In this document: positions 1 to 17,095 of the stretch, one piece after another
How the letters are laid out: every line of letters starts with the position of its first letter
Numbering within the stretch: the stretch's first letter is position 1
Assembly: GCF_009914755.1 (NCBI RefSeq)
Contig: NC_060944.1
Reading direction: 5' to 3' (one strand)
Length of the DNA: 64,000 bases
From: the human T2T-CHM13v2.0 reference genome, Homo sapiens
Translations under genes and position numbers: made by a program
The notes under the pieces: model-generated
Databases searched by the model: none
The model's input: the letters and a program-made list of their open reading frames with translations, nothing else
Told to the model about the DNA's origin: nothing

Positions 1-157
1 AGTGTACATATAAGGCTGTTTCATTACATTATTGAAAGTAGGTCTTTAAAGTAGTGACATTATGGATATTTCATGAAATAAAATTATTTTTCATTGAAGA
101 TACTAAGAAAACTTAAAACTCTATAATGGTAGCCCCTTTTTAAAAATCATCTGGCTA

Positions 158-265
<108 letters not shown>

Positions 266-1213
266 TCACTACAAAAAATAAAAATAAAATTAGCCAGATG
301 TGTTGGCTCATGCTAATGGTCACAGCTACTCAGAAGGCTTAGTTGTGAGGATCCCTTGACCTTGAGCCCAGGAGGGCAAGGCTGCAATGAGCTGTGACCA
401 TGCCACTGCACTCCAGCCTGGGAGACAGAGGGAGACCTCGTCTCAGAAAAAGAAAAAATTATCCACAGCTCGAGAAAGAGAGAAAATGGTAAAAGATTGT
501 AATTTGTAAATATTTCTGATATGGGTTTTATATTGTGTACTTTTAAACATATAACACTTATTCTGTGCTACTCATTTGTTAATATATTTATGACCTTCTT
601 TCCGAAGAGACAAAAGACAAAATATTAAAAATATTTCAATACCAAATAAACTAAAAATTAGAATTGGTGATTCAAATCAGGTTTTAAGAGTGGGGTACAG
701 AAAGAAATTGTTACTATCGTTGTACAACAGATTTTGTCTCAGAGTTTGACTATATTAATAGGAACTTTAAAAGATGTAGCTCTCATAAAATAATTATTTC
801 AGTCCAATGGGAGGGAAAAACACTCCTTCAGAAAACAAAACTTTTCTTCACACAAAAGTCACAAGGAAATTTTTTGGATAGAATTCTTACAAGGACCTTT
901 TTGCCCAGTTAACCATGTGCTACCTTGTGCTACTATTTATGCCTTAAGTAATCAGTGTGAGGGAGTTTTGGTTTTGGCTTTGGTTTTTGTTCTTACTCTG
1001 ATGTCTTCCCTTGTCTCACTCTGTCACCAAGGCTGGAGTGCAGTGGCATGATCATGACTTACTGCAGCTTCGACGTCCCTGGGCTCAAGTGATCCTCCCA
1101 CCTCAGCCTCCCAAGTAGCAGGGACTATGGGTATGCACCACCATGCCCAGCTGATTTTTTTTATTTTGGGGGCTTGCTGTGTTGCCCAGGCTAGACTCAA
1201 AACTCCTGGGCTT

Positions 1214-1557
<344 letters not shown>

Positions 1558-1789
1558 CTACACTCAGCCAGAATATACTGTTTGAAGCTAATACGGAAAT
1601 ATTTTGTAATTCAGCAACTTATTTGAAAGACTTGGTGAAAAGATTGGTGGTGGCATAGCTGTAGTTTACAATAACTGATTTGATTTGGATTTAATTGATA
1701 AAGAGTCTAGTTCAGGAATTTCAGTTACTCCTCTTACTTATGTTAGCATTAGAGTTGTATGTTGGAGTTTTTGTTTTCTTTTATGTGAG

Positions 1790-1957
1790 GATGAAGAGGA
1801 AGCCGGCTTATTGGAGCTCTTAAAATCCCAGATTTGTGATAATGCCGCACTCTATGCACAAAAGTACGATGAAGAATTCCAGCGATACCTGCCTCGTTTT
1901 GTTACAGCCATCTGGAATTTACTAGTTACAACGGGTCAAGAGGTTAAATATGATTTG
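1790..1957 (+). CDS. CSE1L: CSE1L exon ~9 (DEEEAGLL...QEVKYDL), 168 nt, phase 0-0
   Basis: acceptor ttatgtGAG|GAT, donor TTG|gtaaga; peptide present in ORF 1685..1966. Confidence 0.95.
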
Positions 1958-2071
1958 GTAAGATGATGGTGGAGACAAATAATTAAAAGACATTCTCTCC
2001 CTATCTCCTCCAAGAAATAAGCTGTTGAGTTTTGCTTTTAAAAATATTCTTGTTTTTGTGTTTTGTTCCAG

Positions 2072-2201
2072 TTGGTAAGTAATGCAATTCAATTTCTGGC
2101 TTCAGTTTGTGAGAGACCTCATTATAAGAATCTATTTGAGGACCAGAACACGCTGACAAGTATCTGTGAAAAGGTTATTGTGCCTAACATGGAATTTAGA
2201 G
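2072..2201 (+). CDS. CSE1L: CSE1L exon ~10 (LVSNAIQFLASVCERPHYKNLFEDQ...NMEFR), 130 nt
   Basis: ttttgttccag|TTG ... AGAG|gtaatt. Confidence 0.96.
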
Positions 2202-3173
2202 GTAATTATGGCAAAAGTATATTAGTATAAATCTACTAAGTCTGTGTTTGTTTTTTGTAACATATTCAGTCTAATTCATTTATTACTGGATAAAACTTGT
2301 ATGTCATTTATTTCTTATTTTCTAAACCAAGACAGAAAATGTAGTATCTGTAATGAGTTTTGTTGTGCCCTGTGAGGGTTTTCTCATGGAAATATTAAAT
2401 AAGACTTCAAAAATTCCTTTACACTAAGAAGATAAACTATCTGGAATTTCTATTTAGAGAAAGAATTTGATTTTGTTTCATTTATTATTTCAATGAATTT
2501 TTAGCTGGCTTTATTTATTTATATATTTATTTGAGACAGGGGTCTCGCTCTGTCACCCAGGCTGGAGTGCAGTGATGCAATCTTGGCTCACTGCAACCTT
2601 AGCCTCCCAGGCTCAAGTGATCCTCCTACCTCAGTCTTCTGAGTAGCTGGGACCACAGGCACACATCACCATGCCTGGCTAATTTCTTGTATTTTTGGTA
2701 GAGACAGGGTTTCACCATGTTGTTCAGGGTAGTCTCAAACTCTTGAGCTCAAGCAGTCCACCCGCTTTAGCCTCCCAAAGTGCTGGGATTGCATTTCTGA
2801 GCCATCTCGCCCAGAAATAGCTGTTTTTAAACAATCGACTTGAGAATAGAAATGATAACTTTATAAATACAAGGTTGAAGCCCACTTAGTTTGTGCTTAA
2901 GGTTAAACTATAGTGCTAAGAGCCTATATTTATAAAATGTATGTCCTTGTTCTAACAGTTGTGAAGAACAAGTAATGAAGGTGGGAGGGATTGTGTTTTT
3001 TGTTTTGGGGACAGGGTCTCACTGTGTCACCCAGGCTGGAGTGCAGTAGCACAGTTATGGCTTACTGCAACCTCAACTTCCCAGGCTCAAGTCATTGTCC
3101 CATCCCGGCCTCCTGAGTAGCTGGGACTACAGACGTGCACCACCATGCTCAGCTAATTTTTTATTTTTTATAA

Positions 3174-3311
<138 letters not shown>

Positions 3312-3676
3312 TAGTTATTAGATCAGTGGTTTTCAAATTACATCTGGAACAAAATAAGGAAATTAAGGACAATATAGCGTGAGATTTTATTTCCTGTTGT
3401 GTTTTCATAAAAATATGTTTAAAGGATAAATCTTCTGGCTGGGTGTGGTGGCCCATACCTTTAATCCCAACACTTTGGGAGGCTGAGGTGGGAGGAACAC
3501 TTGAGCCCAGGAGTTAAAGACCAGCCTGGCCAAAATGGCAAAACCTTATCTCTACAAGAAATAAATTAGTTGGGTATGGTGGCATGGGCCTGTGGTCCCA
3601 GGTACTCAAGCAGCTTAGGTGGGAGTTTTGCTTGAGCTCAGGAGGTGGAGGCTGCAGTGAGACATGATCATACAAC

Positions 3677-3680
<4 letters not shown>

Positions 3681-3714
<34 letters not shown>
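3681..3714. repeat. (GT)17 microsatellite
   Basis: directly visible. Confidence 0.95.
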
Positions 3715-3717
<3 letters not shown>

Positions 3718-4281
3718 CTTTTTTTTTTTTTTTAATTTATATGATAAAAATAGAGATGAGATCTCGCTGTGTTGACCAGGCTGGTCTCAAACTCCTGGGC
3801 TCAAGCGATCCTCCCATTTCAGCCTCCCAAAGTGCTAGGTTACACGCGTGAGCCACCATGCCGGCCATTTCTGACATTGTCCACTCTACTTATTTGTTGT
3901 TGAAATGACTTTAATGAAATAATAGTGATTAAAATTAGGTTGTTGGTATTTTAATGTTCTTATTTGGTGAAATTAAAAGTTAGCATTCTGATACTGATCC
4001 CTAACATTTTTGACAGTTGCAGGTATAATCCAATTCTGGGGAAACTGTCACATTAGAACAAGTGAGCCTATCTCATAGTTGTGTGAATTACCTAATACCT
4101 CACCTTTCAGGGTAGCATTTGCTGCTCTAGATAATGATTAAGAGTATATGAAGTAGTCATCTGATGGGAAAGAATTCTTTGCTGTAGAACAAGGCAGTTT
4201 TACATACTCTTCTGCATTCTCAGCTGTAAAGTACAGTGACGTCTTTTGGAGTGTTATCTGAAATATCATCTCTCCTTGTAG

Positions 4282-4347
4282 CTGCTGATGAAGAAGCATT
4301 TGAAGATAATTCTGAGGAGTACATAAGGAGAGATTTGGAAGGATCTG
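4282..4347 (+). CDS. CSE1L: CSE1L exon ~11 (AADEEAFEDNSEEYIRRDLEGS), 66 nt
   Basis: ctccttgtag|CT ... TCTG|gtgtgt; phases match neighbours. Confidence 0.95.
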
Positions 4348-4814
4348 GTGTGTATCTTGGTTTTTTAGTTACTAGTCTCTTAGCAAGCCAGTTTTAAGGT
4401 GGTTCTCTTTCTAGTAAATGGGAGAAGTGGGATTGAGAATAAGAGTGTTTTTTCAGCGGGCTTTCATTGAGAACTGTTGTCTTTCTTCAACTTGTCTTAA
4501 AAAGCTCTTATATGACCTGAATGAAAATATCAAAAGTTGAATCATTTGTCTGTTCTTACATAGTATTTATCAAAATTCTGTGATTCTGTGACCTCTTTAG
4601 TTTCATTTTGATTTTGTATTTCTTGGGGGCGGGAATGTTTTTTTCATTGTTTGTGTTGCTGATAGCTATTGGGTGGCCCTTTGTTTTTCGTTCTTTTTTT
4701 TCCGTTTTACAATCGTAGCCAAATTATTCCAGGCAATTTGTTTTCTTATAAATTGGATCAGCTTGTTGGTGGTTGTTTTTTTTCCCCATAATATATTTTC
4801 TTTTCATTTCATAG

Positions 4815-5017
4815 ATATTGATACTAGACGCAGGGCTGCTTGTGATCTGGTACGAGGATTATGCAAGTTTTTTGAGGGACCTGTGACAGGAATCTTCTCT
4901 GGTTATGTTAATTCCATGCTGCAGGAATACGCAAAAAATCCATCTGTCAACTGGAAACACAAAGATGCAGCCATCTACCTAGTGACATCTTTGGCATCAA
5001 AAGCCCAAACACAGAAG
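4815..5017 (+). CDS. CSE1L: CSE1L exon ~12 (DIDTRRRAACDLVRGL...AQTQK), 203 nt
   Basis: tttcatag|AT ... AAG|gtaaat; ORF 4673..5089. Confidence 0.97.
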
Positions 5018-5317
5018 GTAAATATTTTTAATGTGGTTTTGTTTCTAAAACAGACATCAGTGACACCCACACAAGTCAAAAAGAAATAACGTCTCTGATA
5101 ATAGAGCTTACTCTGCCAGATAACCTATTCTGATTAAGATTTATATAATCTCTGAAGATGGCTTTATGTTGATGTATTGAGCACTTAAGTTTCTTATAGA
5201 CCAGAAAATTGATAGATGGCCACACTTGTTACCTTAGCTGAGACCCGCTGTATCAAATATGCTTAACTTAAACTTAGCTGTTCTTTAATTGAGGAAAGTT
5301 TCTTTATTGTCTATTAG

Positions 5318-5972
<655 letters not shown>

Positions 5973-5980
5973 TAGCCTAA

Positions 5981-6235
<255 letters not shown>

Positions 6236-6471
6236 TAGTCTTGAACTCCTGACTTCAAGTGATCTACCCGCCTCGGCCTCCCAAAGTGCTGGGATTACAG
6301 CCGTGAGCTCCTGTACACAGCCAGTACAGTCTCATTTTATACATAAGCAATTTGTATTTTGAAGTGTTCATCTCCATTTTAACATGGTTTTCTAAAATTG
6401 CCTGAATTTCTAATGTGATAGATATATACAGGTATTTTGTTATTTTACTATGTTATGAATTTGCTTTTCAG

Positions 6472-6971
<500 letters not shown>

Positions 6972-7204
6972 TAAAATCTCAAATGGTTTCCCCAGATCTT
7001 GTCCATGTGAAATTAATTATTGATAAAGAAAATATTGCTTGATTAGGAGGAAAATAGGAATAAATACAACTAAACTGTAACTCAGCTTTGCTACCTAGTG
7101 TATAAATAAGGATTATACATTGGCTTCCTTTTCTTTTTTATTTGAAAGACGAATTCTTAAAAATTGGAGTACATTTCAAAGTACTAGAAAATTGATAAAT
7201 ATTA

Positions 7205-7565
<361 letters not shown>

Positions 7566-8053
7566 TTAAAAAAAATATTTTAATGTAGGAAATTTATGTA
7601 CACCCAAAGGTGAAGAGAATATTGTAATGAGCTCCCATGTGACCATCATTTAGCTTCAAGAATTATTAACATTTGGTGATCTATTCCTTTCATTAATTTA
7701 TTTCCCTACCCACTAGAATAATGTAAAGCAAATTCCAGCTAGAGAGACATGTTTCTAATTCAGAATAGCTTCACTTCTGGGAATGTAGGTAGACATGCTC
7801 ACCGATGCATGGTCCAGCTCATTTTTACTCAATTATGTAATATGTGTTCCTTAGTCATGAAACAGGCATGGGGAAAAATAAAATCATTTATAATCCTACC
7901 AAAATTAATGACTAAATAGTAAATCATAATATAATTAACTGTGCTTTAATTACTTGACATTTTATCTTTTTTTATAACTCTGATGATGTCACTAATTTGG
8001 AAGTAATGATCCTTACCACTTAAGTAACTGTGGCTTTCTGTTTTTTTATATAG

Positions 8054-8115
8054 TGAATGAATTTCCTGTCCTTAAAGCTGACGGTATCAAATATATTATG
8101 ATTTTTAGAAATCAA
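8054..8115 (+). CDS. CSE1L: CSE1L exon ~14 (VNEFPVLKADGIKYIMIFRNQ), 62 nt
   Basis: ttttatatag|TG ... CAA|gtaagt. Confidence 0.96.
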
Positions 8116-8364
8116 GTAAGTAGCTTTTTATTTGTTACACGCCACTTAATCTCTTTAAGAGTTTTATTATGTACCACCTTCTCATCTACTGTGCAGTCAT
8201 TTTATATCCACATCTAACAAAATTAACAATGATTTCTTTATAACTTAGAATTTTAGACCATGCTTAATTTTCCTCAGATGTCTTTTTGCAATAATAGTAA
8301 TAGAATTGGGATCTAGATAATGTCCACACATTGCTTACAGTTGATTGTGTCTTAAGTCTCTTAA

Positions 8365-8544
<180 letters not shown>

Positions 8545-8669
8545 TAGCTAATTTTTTGTATTTTCAGTAGATCCGGGGTTTCCCCATGTTGACCAGGCTG
8601 GTCTCAAACTCCTGACCTCAGGTGATCTGTTCACCTCGGCCTCCCAAAGTGCTGGGACTACAGGTGTGA

Positions 8670-9068
<399 letters not shown>

Positions 9069-9112
9069 TAGAGACTTTCTCACATTTTACTTTTGGCTGA
9101 TTGCACCTTGAA

Positions 9113-9584
9113 TCTCTCAGTATTCAAGGGGTATTGGTTCCAGGACGCCTGAATATCCCAAAATTGATGAATACTTAGGTCCCACATTTGGGCCTGCGGA
9201 ATCCTCATATATGAAAAGCCAGCCTTCCACATACAGATTTTACATCCCAGGAATACTGTGTTTTCTATTTGCATTTGGTCTAAAACAAATCCAGCCAGGC
9301 ATGGTGGCTTGTGCCTGTAATCCCAACACTTTGAGAGGCTGAGGCAGGCAGATCATTTGAGGTCAGGAGTTCAAGACCACCTTGGCCAACATGACGAAAC
9401 CCCATCTCTACTAAAAATACTAGCTGGGTGTGGTGGCACATGCCTATAATCCCATCTACTCGGGAGGCTGAGACATGAGAATCACTTGAACCCAGGAGGC
9501 GAAGGTTGCAGTGAGCCAAGATCATGCCATTGCACTCCAGCCTGGACAACAGAGCAAGACTCAAACCCGTGTTGTTCAAGGGTC
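9113..9584 (+). mobile_element. MER8-like Tigger DNA transposon split by an Alu (9293-9562)
   Basis: ggggtattggttccaggac...tcaaacccgtgttgttcaagggtc. Confidence 0.7.
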
Positions 9585-10459
9585 TCCTGAAGTTTATGTT
9601 GTCCCTCTAGTCCCCATATTTCTATATTGGTAAATCTGGGGGCTTGATTAGACTTAGATTCCTTGGTCGGGGGTGACACAAGAAAGCATCATAGGTATAC
9701 TTTCTGTTTCATTTTATCAGGATATACACAATATCTGGTTGTTTTGTTTTTTTTTATTTTTTTTGTTTTTTTTTTTTTGCTCACTGCAAGCTCAGCCTCC
9801 TGGGTTCACGCCATTCTCCTGCCTCAGCGTCCCAAGTAGCTGGGACTACAGGCGTCAGGCACCATGCCTGGCCCTGGTTATCAATTTTTAATGATGTTAA
9901 GACAGATCAGTGGATTCAGATGAAGGAGAACGTTACATTGTCAACATTTTTTAAATAGCATTTTAAAAATTGAGATATACTTTATTCTTTTTTTTGGAGA
10001 CGGAGTTTCGCTCTCGTTGCCCAGGCAATGGAACGATCTCGGCTCACCGCAACATGCGTCTCCCGAGTTCAAGCGATTTTCTTGCCTCAGCCTCCTGAGT
10101 AGCTGGGATTACAAGCATCCACCACCACGCCTGGCTAATTTTGTATTTTTAGTAGAGACGGGGTTTCTCCATGTTGGTCAGGCTGGTCTCGAACCCCCTA
10201 CCTCAGGCGAACCGCCTGCCTCGGCCTCCCAAAATGCTAGGATTACAGGCATGAGCCACCGCGCCCGGCCTTATTCATTTATTTTTGAGACAAAGTCTTA
10301 CAGTCTGTTGGCCAGTCTAGAGTGAACTACTACAATCATAGCTCAATGCAGCCTTAAACTTGTAGGCTCAAGTGACCCTTTTGCCTAAGCCTCCCTGAGT
10401 AGCCAAGACTATAGGTGTGTGCCACACCACCTGGCTAATTTTTTATACTTTTTACTTAG

Positions 10460-10600
<141 letters not shown>

Positions 10601-11519
10601 TGAGTAGCTGGGATTACACGTGCCTGCCACCATACCCAGCTAATTTTTGTCTTGTTAGAAGAGACAGGGTTTCACCATGTTGGCCAGCCTGGTCTCAAAC
10701 TCCTGACCTCAGGTGATCCACCCCTGCCTCGGTCTCCGAAAGTGCTGGGATTATAGGCGTGAGCTACCACGCCCGGCCCATTTCTTTATTTTTTGAAACA
10801 GGGTCTCGTTCTGTCGCCCAGGCTGGAGTGCAGTGACATGACCACAGCTCACTGCAGCCTTGAACTCCTGGGCTCAAGCAGTCCTCCCACTTTCGGCCTC
10901 CCGAGTAGCTGGAACCCAGGCACGTGCCACCACACCCAGCCATATTGCATTACTTTTAAAAAATCAATTGAGAAAAATTATAGAGAATACCTGCTTCCCC
11001 AGTTAGAGTATGTTGGAATTTTGCCAATCTTAAATGGTATCTCATTGCAGTTTTAATTTACGTTTGTTTTATTTTGAGTTCAGTTAAGCATCTTTCCACT
11101 TGAAGGGTCCATTTTCATTTCTTTTCGGTGAACTGTGAATTTATCTTCTTTTGCCCATTTTTCTATCTGATTATTGGTCTTAATTTTTAGAGAACGTGTA
11201 GTTTTTCTTCTGATTCTGAATGCCTAGGTCACTTTAATTGTACTGAGAAAAAAATCAAAACTTGCACTCATCTTATTTCTTTGATGTCTTTGCCCAGTAA
11301 CAATGGTGCCATCTTGCAAAATATTTTAAACACACAAGCAGGAATAAAACAATATGATGATTACTGAAATAATCCTCACAAATCTTAAAACTCCAGGCCA
11401 TATTTATGTATACATACATATACAATGGAGGTATTCCAGGTGCTCCCTGCCCAGTCAGTCCCTTTCTCTCTATAGGTAATTACTGTAGTGAATTCGGTGT
11501 ATTTGACACCCATGGAAGT

Positions 11520-11750
11520 GCTTTTCTTACGCTTTCACTACGCATTTATGTTTCTGCAAAAATTATTTAGTATTATGTAGGTTTTAATTTTTTTTTTTTA
11601 GATGGAGTCTTGCTCTGTTGCCCAGGTTCAAGCCATGCTTTTTTTATACTTTCACTATGTGTTTATGTTTCTGCAGAAATTATTTAGTATGCTGTAGGTT
11701 TTAATTTTTTTTTAGATGGAGTCTTGCTCTGTTACCCAGGTTCAAGCCAT
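11520..11750. repeat. ~115-bp tandem duplication spanning an Alu 3' junction
   Basis: copies at 11520-11636 and 11637-11750. Confidence 0.85.
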
Positions 11751-12337
11751 TCTCCTGCCTCAGCCTCCCAAGTAGCTGGGACTGCAGGTGCCCACCACCA
11801 CGCCCAGCAATTTTTTGGTAGAGACAGGGTTTTGCCATCTTGGCCAGGCTGGTCTTGAACTCCTGACCTCAGGTGATCCACCCGCCTTGGCCTCCCAAAG
11901 TGCTGGGATTACAGTCGTGATTCACCACGCCTGGCCTAGGTTTTAAATTTTTGTTTGTATAAATGACATCATACTATGGGTTTCATTTTTCTGTTTTTTG
12001 TTACTTGTTTGTTTTGAGACGGAGTCTTCGCTCTGTCGCTCAGTGCAGTAACACAATCAAGTCATGCAGTGGCACGATCTTGGCTCACTGCAAGCTTCAC
12101 CTCCTGGGTTCATGCCATTCTCCTGCCTCAGCCTCGCGATAGCTGGGACTACAGGCTACCGCCACCATGCCCGGCTAATTTTTTTTGTATTTTTTAGTAG
12201 AGACGGGGTTTCACTGTGTTAGCCAGGATGGTCTCGATCTCCTGACGTTGTGATCCGCCCGCCTTGGCCTCCCAAAGTGCTGGGATTACAGGCATGAGCC
12301 ACCGTGCCTGGCCTTTTCTGTTTTATTTTGAGAATGA

Positions 12338-12697
<360 letters not shown>

Positions 12698-13518
12698 TAG
12701 TAGAGGTTTCACCATGTTAGCCAGGATGGTCTTGATCTCATGACCTCGTGATCTACCCACCTCGGCCTCCCAAAGTGCTGGGATTACAGGCGTGAGCCGC
12801 CACTGCGCCCGGCCTAACATCATTTTTGAGTTATTCATTTAGTGCCTAAAGCGATCCAGCTACCTCAGCCTCTCAAGTTGCTGGGACTACAGGAATTCAC
12901 TACCATGCCCAGCTAATTTTTTATTTAATTTTTTTTTAATAGAGATGAGGTCTCACTATGTTGCCCAGGCTGGTCTTGAGCTCCTGGGCTTAAGCAATTG
13001 TTCTACCTTGGCTTCCTGAAGTATTGGGATTATAGACAGGAATGAACCACCACACCCAGGAGGCTTTTCTAGTTTAGACTAATGAATGTTTCAAATTTAG
13101 AGGTTTTTAATGAAGATTGTTCTCGTATTTGTTGCTTTTTGGGGGTGGGAAGAGAACAAAAAATGAGACACAAAAAGGTTAAATAACTTTTTCAAGAAAT
13201 ATCTGCTAGTGATGATTCTTAAGTTTGGTGAAATCTTAGTCTCCTTCTCTGTGATATTATTATTTTATGGTATGTTGATTTATCTGCAAGATGTTATCCT
13301 CATAGTTTTGTGCTCTGAAAAGGAGAATTTAGAAAGTGGAAATTGAACCATTATGTGCAAGTGAAAGTTTTGGTTTCTGGGCAGCAGCATCTCCTATTAT
13401 AACAGAGCTTAAAAATAGCAAATTGTTCTTTAAATCAACAGGTCCTTCTCTTCCAATTGTCTTTTACTCAAATATGGAATCATTGCATTTAGAGCATGTA
13501 TATTATTGTGTTTTTTAG

Positions 13519-13655
13519 GTGCCAAAAGAACATCTTTTAGTCTCGATTCCTCTCTTGATTAATCATCTTCAAGCTGAAAGTATTGTTGTTCATACTTACG
13601 CAGCTCATGCTCTTGAACGGCTCTTTACTATGCGAGGGCCTAACAATGCCACTCT
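13519..13655 (+). CDS. CSE1L: CSE1L exon ~15 (VPKEHLLVSIPLLINHLQAES...NNATL), 137 nt
   Basis: ttttttag|GTG ... CT|gtgagt. Confidence 0.96.
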
Positions 13656-14775
13656 GTGAGTATTTTATTCTAAAGTTTTTTAGCCTGGGGTAGGGGCTGT
13701 ACTGTGCTGGTCAAAGATATCTGAATGTTTTCATAATTTCACTAGTGGGAAAACAAATGTCTGCTTTCTATTCCTTTATACTCTGTTTCATTCTAAAAGC
13801 ATTTGAGGCTGCTTACTAAAATAGGTGCATTATGACAATACAATTTAATAAACTGGAGCCAAGGAAAGTAACTGAGATAAAGTTAATAAACAGAAATGTG
13901 TGTCAAAGGATCCTATATAGTAGTCCAAGAAACTCCAGATTTTATTTGGAGTCTCTTAGCAGCCAGGGCAAAGAGGGAAGCTTGGGAAGTTAAAATTTTC
14001 ACAGGGTCTATGAGATAAAAGTTAAAGCAGAGAATACTGTACAATAGTAGTAGTAGTGTTCTCAGCAACAATCATGTAACAGTTATTTTCATGTGGCTAT
14101 TTGCGTAAGGTCACTTATTTCTGAGATATGACCTAACCGAATGAAAGTAATTCACTGGGGACCAAGAAAATAGGTCTTCTGGCCTGAACCAGGATGAAAT
14201 GTAGAGGAATGGATGGTCTGCATGTCTTTCAGGCCACTATTCAACAGTATTATTTCTTGAAATGGGCTTTGGGTAAGAGATGGAAAACAGTTCTAGGTTC
14301 TTTCCTTCATCAAGAACTTGAAGTACAGATACTCTCAGTGGCCAATTAAGGGTAGAAAGGACATCCTTTGAGGTGAGTCAAGCCAGTACCTATCTTCAGG
14401 CCCAGAATTTATGCAGAAAACAGTTCTGAATCTTGGCTCCACCTCCAAAAACAAAATAAATGACAGAGTCCCCTGAGATTCTGAGTTCTTTCTCAGTGGT
14501 AATAGATATAAACCAGGGACAACTGTTTCAACTTCAGATGTTGTTGGGTTTAGCTGGCTTTTTGGTTCAGTTGTGTTTGGTTCTCGATGTGCCTTCTTAG
14601 GAGCCTAACATGAGCACATGTAAAAAAATTATTTTCCTAAACTGTCTATCAATTGTCAGTGGTGGGAGATGGCTCAGTTTTATGCTGAGAAGGGTGACAT
14701 AGTGGTTGCCAAGGGTAATCCGCAGTGACAAGCTCAAGAGTTGGTAGTGACTGAAAGCTGTTTTTTCATCTATAG

Positions 14776-14879
14776 CTTTACAGCTGCAGAAATCGCACCG
14801 TTTGTTGAGATTCTGCTAACAAACCTTTTCAAAGCTCTCACACTTCCTGGCTCTTCAGAAAATGAATATATTATGAAAG
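14776..14879 (+). CDS. CSE1L: CSE1L exon ~16 (FTAAEIAPFVEILL...ENEYIMK), 104 nt
   Basis: catctatag|C ... AAAG|gtaggc. Confidence 0.96.
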
Positions 14880-15005
14880 GTAGGCTGTTTCCCTGGTGTG
14901 CAGACTACAGGTATCCAATCTCAGATTGTAAGGGTGAGCACTCTGAGTTATACTTCAGGTTATACAGTCTATGAACCAGATAATGTTTACCAAGTAGTAA
15001 GTTAG

Positions 15006-15383
<378 letters not shown>

Positions 15384-15889
15384 TGATATGGAACTTCTCA
15401 TTACAGAAAATGTAGCAAAGCCCTTTTTTCCTTCCCTAGATTGAGTTTCTTTAAGGCAAAGAAGAGATCATGCAACGTTTATTAACTGCATGCTCACCTA
15501 GGTAGGGGTGAAATGTGGGTGCCTGTGGTAGACTCTGCACAAATCGTGTCTTCTTACGTACTGCCAAGGACACAGGCAGCTGTATCCATCCACAGGCTGG
15601 TGTATCCATCCACCAGGCACTACATTAGTTGAGTGTCCTGGTGCCAGCTCTGAATTTAGAGATAGTCTCAGTGTTTTTCACTGTTGCATCCCAAAAGCCT
15701 AGCACATTGGGTTGTAGGAAGCACTTTTCAGAGAAACTCCCTGATCTTTTCAGTCTGGATCAGAAATCCTAGAGTGGATGTGTGTAACTGGGTGTATGTT
15801 TCCAACACTATCCTTCCCCCAACAATGATGTATAATTGTGTAATTATTGTTGTTTAATGTCCTTTTTTTTTTTTTTTTTTTTTTTTTGA

Positions 15890-16048
<159 letters not shown>

Positions 16049-16823
16049 TAGTAGAGACAGGGTTTCTGCATGTTGGTCAGGCTGGTCTTGAACTCCCGAC
16101 CTCAGGTGATCCACCCGCCTCAGCCTCCCAAAGTGCTGGGATTACAGGTGTGAGCCACTGCGCCCAGCCTTAATGTCCATTTCTATGAGAGCGGCTAACT
16201 AGTCTGTAATCTTCATTACTGTGTTTTTAGGGTATGTAAGAATACACAGTATGTAATACCTTCTCTGTACGGTTGTATGAGTGAATGAAATAATTCTGCG
16301 CCAGCCTAGTGGAGGAGCACCAATTTATCCTCTAGCCCTTTTAACCCAGGTCAGGGAAGGATTTTCTCTAGGAAGTGATCTCTAAGCTGAGATATGACCT
16401 AACCGAACGTTAGGTGTGAGGGATAGGTAGCAATCTGTTGAAGGGTGGATGAGTCTTTGACTCCAGTAGAGGAGGAAACATGATGTGCAGAGTTCAGGAG
16501 GCAAGAGCAGATAGCTTTCTGTCCTTTATGCTTGGCATGTATTTGGGGCTCTGCTTAGTAAACATTTATTTTAGAAATGTTATTTGTGGAAAGAGAGCTT
16601 TTATACATTTTTAGCTGACAAATTTATTTTTCTCCCATGCTTCCTATTTTTAACCCATTTATGGTCTTTTGAGCAATATTTTTGCAATTTGGACTCTGTG
16701 GCTTTACATGTATTTTTAGAATTTTTTTAGGCTCCTAATCTCTTTTTTTGAGGGAGGTGGATAGGCAGTTTTCTCTTCAGTTTCCTGTAGTTTGTGATCA
16801 TGTTTCCTTTAGGCTAGGGCTAA

Positions 16824-17095
<272 letters not shown>

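Noticed and set aside
15581-15618. 20-bp tandem duplication tgtatccatccac(c)aggc
   Set aside because: Ordinary slippage duplication with no evident function
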